This document shows, piece by piece, positions 39,076-49,054 of a stretch of DNA of 64,000 nucleotides; the stretch's first letter is position 1; every line of letters starts with the position of its first letter. The DNA lies in NCBI GenBank assembly GCA_964622605.1, contig CAZUQR010000001.1:135265-199264 (forward strand), written 5' to 3'. The translations under genes were made by a program, and so were the position numbers. The DNA is from an uncultured Planctomycetia bacterium (GTDB lineage: Bacteria > Omnitrophota > Gorgyraeia > Velamenicoccales > Velamenicoccaceae). The notes under the pieces were generated by a model. It saw only the letters and a list, made by a program, of their open reading frames with translations, did no database searches and was not told the origin of the DNA.

Positions 39076-40818
39076 ATGAGCAACACCATAACCTTGGATA
39101 AAGAGCTGCTGTTGTCGGTCTCCAAGCCCGGGCGGTATATCGGCCGCGAGGTCGGCTCGGTCACGAAGGATTGGGCGGCGGCGGACGTGCGGGTGTGTCT
39201 GTGTTTTCCCGACACGTATGAGATCGGGATGAGCCACCTGGGAATACGGCTCTTGTATGACCTCGTCAACAGACGCGGGGATTACCTCGCCGAGCGTGTC
39301 TTTGCGCCGTGGCTCGACATGGAGGCGGCGATGCGGGAGCGCGGCCTGCCGCTCTGGTCGCTGGAGACGCGCCATGCCGTCAGGGACTTCGACGTCCTCG
39401 GTTTTTCTTTATCCTTCGAACTCTGTTATACCAATGTCCTGAACGTCCTCGATTTGAGCGGGATACCTCTGAGGGCGAGCGAACGCGATGCGTCTTTCCC
39501 CCTGGTCATCGCCGGAGGCGGGAGCGCGTTGAACCCGGAGCCGATGGCGGCGTTCGTGGACGCCTTTGTCATCGGTGAAGGCGAGGAGGTCTTTCTGGAG
39601 GTCCTGGATGCCGTGAAAGCGGCGAAAAGGCAGGGGTGGAAGAGATCGAGGCTCCTGGAGCACCTTTCAACGCTTTCGGGCGTCTATGTCCCTTCGCTTT
39701 ATGAAGTCGATGAGGACGGCCGGCGCCGGGCGCTTTTTGATAAAGCGCCGGCGTGCATCGCCAAGCGCGTCGTGCAGGACCCGGCGGCCGTCTGGCAGGA
39801 CCATCACTGGATCGTCCCCTATATCCAGATCGTCCACGACCGCATCGGGATGGAGATCATGCGCGGGTGTCCCCGGCGGTGCCGTTTCTGTCAGGGGCGC
39901 GTCTGTTTTTATCCTTTGCGCCTCGTCCCGGAAGACGTCATCGTCAAGACGGTGCGGCGCCTATGCCGCGAGACCGGGTATGAGGAAGTCTCTCTTTTGT
40001 CGCTGTCGTCTTCAGACTATCCGCGCTTTGAAGAGTTGGTGGCCGGGCTCTCAAGGGAGCTGGGCGCCAACGGTATCAGCATCTCGTTACCGTCCGTGCG
40101 GCCGCGCCGTATTGTCGGAGGGCTCTCGGAGATATTCGCCTCCTTCAAGAAGACGACGCTGACCTTTGCGCCGGAGGCGGGCAGCTCCCGGCTCAGGGAT
40201 CTTTTGTGCAAGGATTTTGACGAGGAGGAGTTTTTTGACGTGGTCCGTCAGGCCTTCGCGGCCGGATACCGGCAGCTCAAGCTATACTTCATGATAGGGC
40301 TGCCGACGGAAACGCGGGAGGACGTCGAGGCCATCGCGGACCTGTGCTGCCGTATTTCCGAGGAGAGGAAGCGGACCGGCAAGGGGCCGGCCCACCTGAA
40401 CGTCAGCGTGGCGAACTTTGTCCCCAAGCCCCACACGCCTTTGGAGCGTTCGGCCACGGTCTCCCTCGAGACGCTGGAGGCCAAGCAGGCGCATCTGCGA
40501 AAGAGGCTTGCACGGTTCCGGGGACGCATCCAGTTGAAGTTTCACCAGCCCGGGATGAGCACGGCGGAGGCCTTCCTTGCCCGGGGCGACCGCCGGGTGG
40601 CTGCGGCCATCGAGGGGGCGTGGCGGCGGGGCGCCCGTTTCGATGCCTGGACGGAACACTTCCGCTTTGATTTGTGGGAGGCCGCCTGGCAGGAGAACGG
40701 CCTGCGGCCGGAGGCGTACCTTTCTGCCAAGCCGCTGCAGACTCTTCTTCCGTGGTCGTTCGTGGAGACGGGCGCATCGTTGCCGGAGGATATCCCCGTC
40801 GAGATACCCCGTCGGTAA
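39076..40818 (+). CDS. B12-binding-domain radical SAM protein (TIGR03960-like)
   Basis: CxxxCxxC cluster motif (GCPRRCRFCQG) after an N-terminal B12-like domain. The long C-terminal extension is typical of the family that partners with DUF2344. Confidence 0.8.
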   Translation: MSNTITLDKELLLSVSKPGRYIGREVGSVTKDWAAADVRVCLCFPDTYEIGMSHLGIRLLYDLVNRRGDYLAERVFAPWLDMEAAMRERGLPLWSLETRHAVRDFDVLGFSLSFELCYTNVLNVLDLSGIPLRASERDASFPLVIAGGGSALNPEPMAAFVDAFVIGEGEEVFLEVLDAVKAAKRQGWKRSRLLEHLSTLSGVYVPSLYEVDEDGRRRALFDKAPACIAKRVVQDPAAVWQDHHWIVPYIQIVHDRIGMEIMRGCPRRCRFCQGRVCFYPLRLVPEDVIVKTVRRLCRETGYEEVSLLSLSSSDYPRFEELVAGLSRELGANGISISLPSVRPRRIVGGLSEIFASFKKTTLTFAPEAGSSRLRDLLCKDFDEEEFFDVVRQAFAAGYRQLKLYFMIGLPTETREDVEAIADLCCRISEERKRTGKGPAHLNVSVANFVPKPHTPLERSATVSLETLEAKQAHLRKRLARFRGRIQLKFHQPGMSTAEAFLARGDRRVAAAIEGAWRRGARFDAWTEHFRFDLWEAAWQENGLRPEAYLSAKPLQTLLPWSFVETGASLPEDIPVEIPRR

Positions 40819-40892
40819 CGCCGATGGGGGGGCGAAAGGCATTGACGCTGCGGGAATTCTATGTTACCTTAATTTAGTCAATAAGTTAAGGT

Positions 40893-42281
40893 GTGATCGG
40901 GCAAAAAAGGAAACCGCCGGCCATGATGAGCCTGCTGGGCAAGCTTTCAATGGGATCGCGGTCGCTGCGGCCGCAGCTCGTGGTGGCCTTTGCCCTCATG
41001 TCGGTCCTGCCGATCCTGTTGCTCTTGAGCTTTGTCTTCCCGAGTTTTCTGTCGCCGGAGGCCAAACCGGTCGTCATGGCGCTCGTCGTGCTCTTTGCCA
41101 TAGTGGGTTTTTTCCTGATGAAGAAGGTGATCGACTCCGTCATCACCATCAGTCAGGGCGTGCGTTCCCTGGCCAGCGGCGAGGTCACGACCGAGATCTC
41201 CTGTCCGCGCCACGATGAGCTCGGGGAGCTGAGCAGCAGCCTCAACCAGCTCGCCGAACACATCAAGAGCAATATGGACGAGCTCAAGATCTACGGCGAA
41301 CGGACGCGCAACATCAACACCCAGATCAACAGGCAGCTCGTCGCGCTGAGCGGTCTCTTGGAGATCAGCAATCTGATCACCCAGGGGGGGGACCTGGAGG
41401 AGGTCTTCGGCGCGGCGATCACGAAGGTGGCGCTTTTTGCAAACGGCGAGTTCGCCTTTCTGATGATGAAGACCGCCGATGCCTATGAGATGAGCGGCCA
41501 GTACGGCTTGAAGGGTCATATCCTGACGTCCCTGAAGTTGTCTTCGAACGCCTACCTGTTGGATCGTCTCTTGCAGGAGCCGCGGACGGTCCGGACACGG
41601 GGCGGGGCGTCGCCGGGAACGGACGACGATCTCCTAAAGCTGTTGGATGCGATGCATCTTTTGACGTATCCCATCTCTGTCAGCGGCCAGCCCAAAGGTT
41701 TCGTGGCCCTCGGCAACCGCAGGGAGAGCGTACCGTTCGGCGAGGAGGAGATGGAACTCATCGGGGTCTTTGCCAAACAGATCTCCCTGGCCGTTGAAAA
41801 TAAATTCCTTTCTTCTAAAATAAAAGAGATCGAGATCCGCGACGGCGCCTCCGGCCTTTACAATAAACGCTATCTGGTCCAGCGGTTGGATGAGGAGATC
41901 CTTCGGTCCATCTCCAACCAGCGGCCGTGCGCGTTCATCGTCTTCCAGGTGACGAATTGGCAGGACCTCCTGGAGGCGGTCGGCACCCAGAACGCCGGCG
42001 CGTGGACGCGTAAGATCGCCCAGACCCTGAAGGGCGAGGCGCGCTCCTTTGACTGCATCGGCCGCCTCGCCGAGGACATCTACGGCATCATCGTGCCGGA
42101 GAAGAACAAGCGCCAGGCCGAGCAGTCGGCCCGGCAGCTCCTGGAGAAGGTGAACGTGGCGCTGGCGACAGAGGGCTCGACGTGGCGACCCGCCTTCCGC
42201 TTCACCCTCGCGGAGAATCCCGTCGACGGGGCGGACGCCGCAGGCCTCCTGCAGAAGGTGGGAGAGCTCATCAAGGTCTAA
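40893..42281 (+). CDS. Membrane HAMP-GAF protein with a degenerate GGDEF domain
   Basis: Two TM helices, HAMP (ISQGVRSLASGEVTTEI..DELGELSSSLNQLAEHI), a GAF-like middle and a GGDEF fold (RDGASGLYNKRYL). The GGDEF signature is replaced by AEDIY, and RSFD (RxxD I-site) is kept at canonical spacing. Alternative start at ATG 40923. Confidence 0.75.
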   Translation: MIGQKRKPPAMMSLLGKLSMGSRSLRPQLVVAFALMSVLPILLLLSFVFPSFLSPEAKPVVMALVVLFAIVGFFLMKKVIDSVITISQGVRSLASGEVTTEISCPRHDELGELSSSLNQLAEHIKSNMDELKIYGERTRNINTQINRQLVALSGLLEISNLITQGGDLEEVFGAAITKVALFANGEFAFLMMKTADAYEMSGQYGLKGHILTSLKLSSNAYLLDRLLQEPRTVRTRGGASPGTDDDLLKLLDAMHLLTYPISVSGQPKGFVALGNRRESVPFGEEEMELIGVFAKQISLAVENKFLSSKIKEIEIRDGASGLYNKRYLVQRLDEEILRSISNQRPCAFIVFQVTNWQDLLEAVGTQNAGAWTRKIAQTLKGEARSFDCIGRLAEDIYGIIVPEKNKRQAEQSARQLLEKVNVALATEGSTWRPAFRFTLAENPVDGADAAGLLQKVGELIKV

Positions 42282-42299
42282 GGAGGGATAAAGGCATCT

Positions 42300-42749
42300 A
42301 TGGCGTCTTTCAAGCGTGTGACGACCAAACAACTCGGCGAGTTGCTCATTGAGCGCAAGGTCATCGCGGCCGAGCATCTCCAGAAGGCGCTGGACTTTCA
42401 GAAGGTCAACGGCGGCCTCATCGGCGAGATCCTCGTCCAGCTCGGGTTCGCGCGCGAAGAAGACATCGCCCAGGTCCTGACGGCCCAGTACGGCTTTCCG
42501 TACCTGCCCCTGGGTAATTACGACATCGACCCCGAGACCGCCCAGGCGATCCCGCAGCACGTGGCGCGGCAGTACTGCCTGATCCCGATCGACAAGATCG
42601 GCAACAACCTGACCGTCGCGATGTCCAATCCGCTCAACGCCCAGGCGATCGAAGACGTGGAGATGATCACCAAATGCGTCGTGCAGGCCTTCGTCAGCAC
42701 GACGACCGATATCCGCAAGGCGATCGAACGCTGTTATCCCGCAAAGTAG
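42300..42749 (+). CDS. Stand-alone GspE/PilB N-terminal (T2SSE_N, MshEN-like) domain protein
   Basis: 149 aa. Tandem 24-residue MshEN-like repeats QLGELLIERKVIAAEHLQKALDFQ and LIGEILVQLGFAREEDIAQVLTAQ, followed by the rest of the T2SSE_N fold (ARQYCLIPIDKIGNNLTVAMSNPLN). Confidence 0.75.
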   Translation: MASFKRVTTKQLGELLIERKVIAAEHLQKALDFQKVNGGLIGEILVQLGFAREEDIAQVLTAQYGFPYLPLGNYDIDPETAQAIPQHVARQYCLIPIDKIGNNLTVAMSNPLNAQAIEDVEMITKCVVQAFVSTTTDIRKAIERCYPAK

Positions 42750-42775
42750 CTTTTCCTTGATCCACGCGCACGCGT

Positions 42776-44518
42776 ATGGGATCCCTCAGAGAACGCCTCC
42801 AAGAAATCCTCATTAAAAACAAGCTGATCACCGCCGACGACCTCAAGCTGGCCCTCCAGGTCCAGAAGGAGCACGGCGGCAGGCTCAGCGACGTCCTCGT
42901 CAAGCTGAACCTGGTCGGCGAGAAGGACCTCCTGCTGGCCCTGAGCGAGGGCCTGGGCTTCCCGCCCATCTCGCTGTCGCGTTTCAAGATCGACGACGAA
43001 GTGCTCAAGCTCGTGCCGCGGGACATGGCTAAGCATTATCAGATCATCCCCGTCGCCAAGATGGGACGCGCCCTGACCGTCGCGATGGCCGACCCCTTGA
43101 ACATCTTTGCCATCGACGACGTCAAGAGCCTGACGGGCTTCGAGATCAACCCCATCATCGCCTCCCAGAAGGAGATCAACCAGACGATCGAGCAGTATTA
43201 CGACGAGCCCGCCACCCAGGTGATCGACGAGATCATCAAGGAGGTCTCGGAGATCGACATCGAGGTCGTCAAGGCGACGCAGGAGGCGGGCCCCGACACG
43301 CAGGAGCTGGTCAGGCTCACGCGCGAGGTGCCCGTCATCAAGATCACGAACCTCATCATCGAGCAGGCGATCGAGATGGGCGCGAGCGACATCCTGATCG
43401 AGCCCTTTGAGCGCACGATGCGCGTGCGGCTGCGTATCGACGGGTTGCTGCGCGAGATCGAGTCGCCGCCGCTGAAGTTCCACGCGCCCATCGTCTCGCG
43501 CATCAAGGTCGTCTCGGAGCTGGACATCGCCGAGCACCGCCTGCCGCAGGACGGCCGCTTCAAGATCAAGATGACGGACCGTTTCGTCGATTTCCGCGTC
43601 TCGGTCCTGCCGACCTTTTACGGCGAGAAGGTCGCGCTGCGTATCCTCGACAAGAGCACGGCGACGCTCGATATCGACCGGCTGGGATTCGACAACCAGA
43701 CGTTGGCGACGGTCAAGGCGTCCAGCGACCGCCCCCACGGGATGATCATCGCGTGCGGCCCGACGGGCTCAGGCAAGACGACGACCCTGTATTCCATCCT
43801 TAAGTACGTCGACAGCCCCGAGGACAACATCGTTACCGTCGAGGACCCCGTCGAGTATCAACTCGATGGGATCAATCAGGTCTCGATACGCCCCGAGATC
43901 GGTCTGTCCTTTGCCAGCTGCCTGCGTTCGATCCTGCGCCAGGACCCGGACGTGATCATGGTCGGGGAGATCCGCGACTTCGAGACGGTGGATATCGCCA
44001 TCAAGAGCGCGTTGACGGGGCACATGGTGCTGACCACCCTGCACACGACGACCGCCGCGGGCTCCATCATCCGCCTGGTCAACATGGGCGTGGAGCCGTT
44101 CCTGATCACCTCGTCCGTCATCTGCGTGGTGAACCAGCGCCTGGTGCGCAAGGTCTGCGAGGCCTGCAAGGAGAGCCATCCCTTGAGCGACACGGTGATC
44201 GAGACGCTGGGGTTGACGAAGAAGGGCAGGGAGCCGATCCTGGCGTATCGCGGCAAGGGGTGCAAGCGTTGTTTGAATATGGGATATAGCGGCCGTGTCG
44301 TCATCGGCGAGGTCATCGTGCTGACGCCGACGATCAAGGAGCTCATCCTGAACCGCGCCCAGGAGTACGAGGTCAAGGCCGCCTCGCGGCTGGAGGGGAT
44401 GAAGTCCCTGCGCGAGAACGGCGTCGCGAAGGTATTGGAGGGCGTCACGTCGCTGGAGGAGATCCTGCGCGTCACCGCCCCCGACGAGCCGCTGGACAAA
44501 AAGAAAAAAGAAAAGTAG
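42776..44518 (+). CDS. pilB: Type IV pilus assembly ATPase PilB/GspE family, paralogue 1
   Basis: MshEN-like N-terminus, Walker A GPTGSGKTTT, Asp box/Walker B DPDVIMVGEIRD, His box TGHMVLTTLHT and the tetracysteine motif CEACK..CKRC. Confidence 0.88.
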   Translation: MGSLRERLQEILIKNKLITADDLKLALQVQKEHGGRLSDVLVKLNLVGEKDLLLALSEGLGFPPISLSRFKIDDEVLKLVPRDMAKHYQIIPVAKMGRALTVAMADPLNIFAIDDVKSLTGFEINPIIASQKEINQTIEQYYDEPATQVIDEIIKEVSEIDIEVVKATQEAGPDTQELVRLTREVPVIKITNLIIEQAIEMGASDILIEPFERTMRVRLRIDGLLREIESPPLKFHAPIVSRIKVVSELDIAEHRLPQDGRFKIKMTDRFVDFRVSVLPTFYGEKVALRILDKSTATLDIDRLGFDNQTLATVKASSDRPHGMIIACGPTGSGKTTTLYSILKYVDSPEDNIVTVEDPVEYQLDGINQVSIRPEIGLSFASCLRSILRQDPDVIMVGEIRDFETVDIAIKSALTGHMVLTTLHTTTAAGSIIRLVNMGVEPFLITSSVICVVNQRLVRKVCEACKESHPLSDTVIETLGLTKKGREPILAYRGKGCKRCLNMGYSGRVVIGEVIVLTPTIKELILNRAQEYEVKAASRLEGMKSLRENGVAKVLEGVTSLEEILRVTAPDEPLDKKKKEK

Positions 44519-44539
44519 GGACACGACAGCGTTGCGGAC

Positions 44540-46261
<1,722 letters not shown>

Positions 46262-46300
46262 CTTTATTTCGGACGCCAACGGCGTTATAATAGGAGTGTT

Positions 46301-47371
46301 ATGAACGTTCCTGTGAATACCATACTGATCATCGACCGCGACGAGGCCGTCTGCGCCCACCTGCGGGACGTCCTGGGCGTGCGTGGTTTCGAGGTGACAA
46401 CGGCCTGCACGGGGGGCTCTGGCCTGGACCTCTTCATGCGTTTGGTGCCGGCGATGGTGATGCTCGATCTGGCGATCCAGGACCTGGACATCCGCTACAT
46501 GATCCGCGAGATGAGACGCATCGACGAGCAGACGGTCGTCGTCTTGATGGGGTATCCCGACGAGGTGAACCTCGTCGATGAGACGCAGTCGGCCCGGGCG
46601 ACCGACTTTTTGGAGAAGCCCCTGAGGACGGAGAAGGTGATCTTCAAGGCCCGGCAGCTCCTCGACGTCCGGGAGACCCTGAGCACCCGGCTGGGATCCC
46701 TAGAGAAGATGGAAGAGAATGTGGTGCATCTGCAAAAGCAGCACCTGCTTCTTGCCCGGCGGATGGAAGAGACCCTGGGCAATCTCGCGCGCCTCGGCGG
46801 GGATTTCCGGGAGACGTACCTGAGGTCGCTCAGGTCGATGGCGCGCGCCCTGGACAGCCGCCACCGTTATACCTATTCGCACTGCGATAACGTGGCCCGT
46901 TGCGCCGAGCTGATCGGTCGGCGCATGGGCGTTGAGGCGGCGTACCTGGATGACATGCGTGAGGCCTGTTTCTTGCATGACCTGGGAAAGATGGGGCTTC
47001 CGGCGACGGTCCTCACGAAACCCGGCACCCTTTCGCCCGAAGAGACCGCCGAGATGCGGCTGCATCCCGTCCGGGGGGCCCAGATACTGGAGCCCTTGAG
47101 CTTCATGCCCCACGTCATCTCGTTTGTCCGTCACCACCATGAGCGCTGGGATGGAAAGGGTTATCCCGACGGTTTGTCGGGAGAGCGCATTCCGCTGGGT
47201 GCCCGTATCATAGCGGTCGCCGACAGCTATGATGCCATGGTCTCACCCAGGTCCTACCGGCGCGCGGGCTTGAGCCTGGGGGAGACGAAAGAGGAGTTCG
47301 CGCGCCACAGCGGGTCTCAGTTTGACCCGAAGATCGTCAACGCTTTTCTCAAATCTCTCGAAGACCTCTGA
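46301..47371 (+). CDS. Response regulator receiver fused to an HD-GYP c-di-GMP phosphodiesterase domain
   Basis: REC domain (ILIIDRDE..MVMLDLAIQD..FLEKP) and an intact HD-GYP (FLHDLGK, HHERWDGKGYPDGL). Confidence 0.85.
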   Translation: MNVPVNTILIIDRDEAVCAHLRDVLGVRGFEVTTACTGGSGLDLFMRLVPAMVMLDLAIQDLDIRYMIREMRRIDEQTVVVLMGYPDEVNLVDETQSARATDFLEKPLRTEKVIFKARQLLDVRETLSTRLGSLEKMEENVVHLQKQHLLLARRMEETLGNLARLGGDFRETYLRSLRSMARALDSRHRYTYSHCDNVARCAELIGRRMGVEAAYLDDMREACFLHDLGKMGLPATVLTKPGTLSPEETAEMRLHPVRGAQILEPLSFMPHVISFVRHHHERWDGKGYPDGLSGERIPLGARIIAVADSYDAMVSPRSYRRAGLSLGETKEEFARHSGSQFDPKIVNAFLKSLEDL

Positions 47372-47382
47372 TAAGGGGGCGT

Positions 47383-48576
47383 ATGTCGCTTTTCGGTTAT
47401 GTCGCCAAGGACAGCCAGGGCCTGAAACTTTCGGGCATACTCGAGGCAGGGGATCAGCACGAGGCGATCAGCGTCTTGCACAAGAAGGGCCTGATCGTCA
47501 TCTCGGTCCGCGAAGAGAAGGCCAAGAAGGTTGCAGAGAAGGGGGTCAAGCTCGACGATCTCGTCATCTTTTCCCGGCAGTTGGCCACCATGGTCGAGAG
47601 CGGCATCACCCTCGTCCAGGCCCTCCATATTTTGAGCGAGCAATCGGAGAACAAGACGCTCGCCGGCGTGACCCTGAACATCAAGGAGGCCATCGAAGGC
47701 GGCTCGAGCCTGCACGAGGCGATGGCCCGCCACCCGAAGATCTTCTCGCACCTTTACATCAACATGGTGAAGGCGGGCGAGACGTCGGGCCTCCTGGATG
47801 AGATCCTCGACCGGTTGTCGACGTACCTGGAGAAGACCGCGGCCCTGCAGCGCAAGGTGAAGTCGTCGCTCGTCTATCCCGTCGTGGTCATCACCATGGC
47901 CATCATCATCACGCTCGTCCTCCTGATCAAGGTCGTGCCGACCTTTGAAGGCATCTTTGCGACGCTGGGCGGGACCCTGCCGCTGCCGACGCAGATCCTG
48001 ATCGGGATATCCAATACGTTGCGGCGCTTGTTCCTTGTGATAGTCATCCTGTTCGTGTTCGTCGTCTTCCTCTTCAAGAAGTTTATCGATACGCCCAAGG
48101 GGCGCTACTGGTTCGATCGCCGGACCCTACGCCTGCCGATCTTCGGGCCGTTGATGCGCAAGGTCGTCGTCGCCAAGTTCTCGCGGACATTGGCGACCCT
48201 CGTCAAGAGCGGTGTGCCTATCCTCAATGCCCTGGAGATCGTCGGCAAGACCTCCGACAACCTCGTGGTCGAGGAGGCGGTCAACAGGGCCCGGGACTCG
48301 ATCCGCGAGGGCGAGCCCATCTCCGAGCCCCTGGCCAAGAGCGGTGTCTTTCCGCCCATGGTCGTGCGCATGATTTCCGTGGGAGAGCAGACGGGCCAGC
48401 TGGAGCACATGCTCAACAAGATCGCCGACTTCTATGACGAGCAGGTCGACGCCTCGGTCAGCGGCCTGACCTCCATGATCGAGCCCCTCGTCATCGGCTT
48501 TTTGGGCATCATCATCGGCGGTATCGTCATCGCCCTCTTCATGCCCATCTTCAAGATCACCGAGCTCATCCGCTAG
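47383..48576 (+). CDS. pilC: Type IV pilus platform protein PilC (GspF family)
   Basis: Two T2SSF repeats and three TM segments. Typical PilC length and position. Confidence 0.9.
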   Translation: MSLFGYVAKDSQGLKLSGILEAGDQHEAISVLHKKGLIVISVREEKAKKVAEKGVKLDDLVIFSRQLATMVESGITLVQALHILSEQSENKTLAGVTLNIKEAIEGGSSLHEAMARHPKIFSHLYINMVKAGETSGLLDEILDRLSTYLEKTAALQRKVKSSLVYPVVVITMAIIITLVLLIKVVPTFEGIFATLGGTLPLPTQILIGISNTLRRLFLVIVILFVFVVFLFKKFIDTPKGRYWFDRRTLRLPIFGPLMRKVVVAKFSRTLATLVKSGVPILNALEIVGKTSDNLVVEEAVNRARDSIREGEPISEPLAKSGVFPPMVVRMISVGEQTGQLEHMLNKIADFYDEQVDASVSGLTSMIEPLVIGFLGIIIGGIVIALFMPIFKITELIR

Positions 48577-48754
48577 TTCTTCTCGTCTTGCCCCCGCTGA
48601 CATGTTCATTGGACGGATCCCCGGACGGATCCCCTTCTGCCTGACGGGAGAGGAGGAACATCCGGCCGCCCCCCTTGAAAGCTGGCAAATACATGTTACA
48701 CTTATGATAGAGAAAACCGTGTAAGTCGATCAAGGTAAACCACGGCGGGTAACC

Positions 48755-48848
48755 GTCACCCTGGCAGGGGTTCGAAAGAGTGGGGCACAAAGCTACAGGG
48801 CCTAATCGTCTGTATTTTACGTAGGGCAGCCAGTTGCCGATAGAACAG
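48755..48848 (+). promoter_or_regulatory. c-di-GMP-I (GEMM-I) riboswitch aptamer candidate
   Basis: Blocks UUCGAAAGAGUGGGGCACAAAGC, GCCUAA and GUAGGGCAGCCAGUUGCCGAUAG match the conserved GEMM-I core as I recall it from the V. cholerae Vc2 aptamer. Closing helix CUGGC (48761-65) / GCCAG (48829-33). GNRA loop GAAA plus a CCUAA receptor. Confidence 0.8.
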
Positions 48849-48851
48849 AGT

Positions 48852-48896
48852 GCCTACCTCTTTTTGCCTTTACAAGGGGGTAGGCTTTTTATCTTT
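48852..48896 (+). terminator. Intrinsic terminator, putative expression platform of the riboswitch
   Basis: GCCTACCTC (48852-48860) pairs with GGGGGTAGGC (48876-48885), followed by TTTTTATCTTTC. Confidence 0.75.
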
Positions 48897-48914
48897 CTGT
48901 CATGCAAAGGGTTC

Positions 48915-48943
48915 TTGACAGGGGAAGGAGGTGGTGATATAAT
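48915..48943 (+). promoter_or_regulatory. Consensus sigma70 promoter upstream of pilA
   Basis: TTGACA (48915-48920), 17 bp spacer, TATAAT (48938-48943), about 110 nt upstream of the pilA ATG. Confidence 0.7.
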
Positions 48944-49054
48944 TTTTCCACAATTTGGTCGCTTTGCGCCGACGACGAAATAATGAGGTATTGTTGTCCG
49001 TCTTCTTGGTTTTAGGGCGCAAGGCAATCTAAGCCAGGAAAGGAGGTAAGAATC

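Noticed and set aside
48611-48634. Tandem duplication GGACGGATCCCC x2 just after the pilC stop.
   Set aside because: There are only two 12-nt units, which is too short to support a functional repeat or array. It is probably slippage or a chance duplication. I recorded it for completeness.
48683-48697. Possible sigma54 promoter (TGGCAA-N5-TGTT) upstream of the riboswitch, and a second TGGCAC-N5-TTTGA at 28797-28812.
   Set aside because: The -12 GC dinucleotide is missing at the required GG-N10-GC spacing in both cases. No enhancer-binding protein gene (PilR-like) is present in the window.
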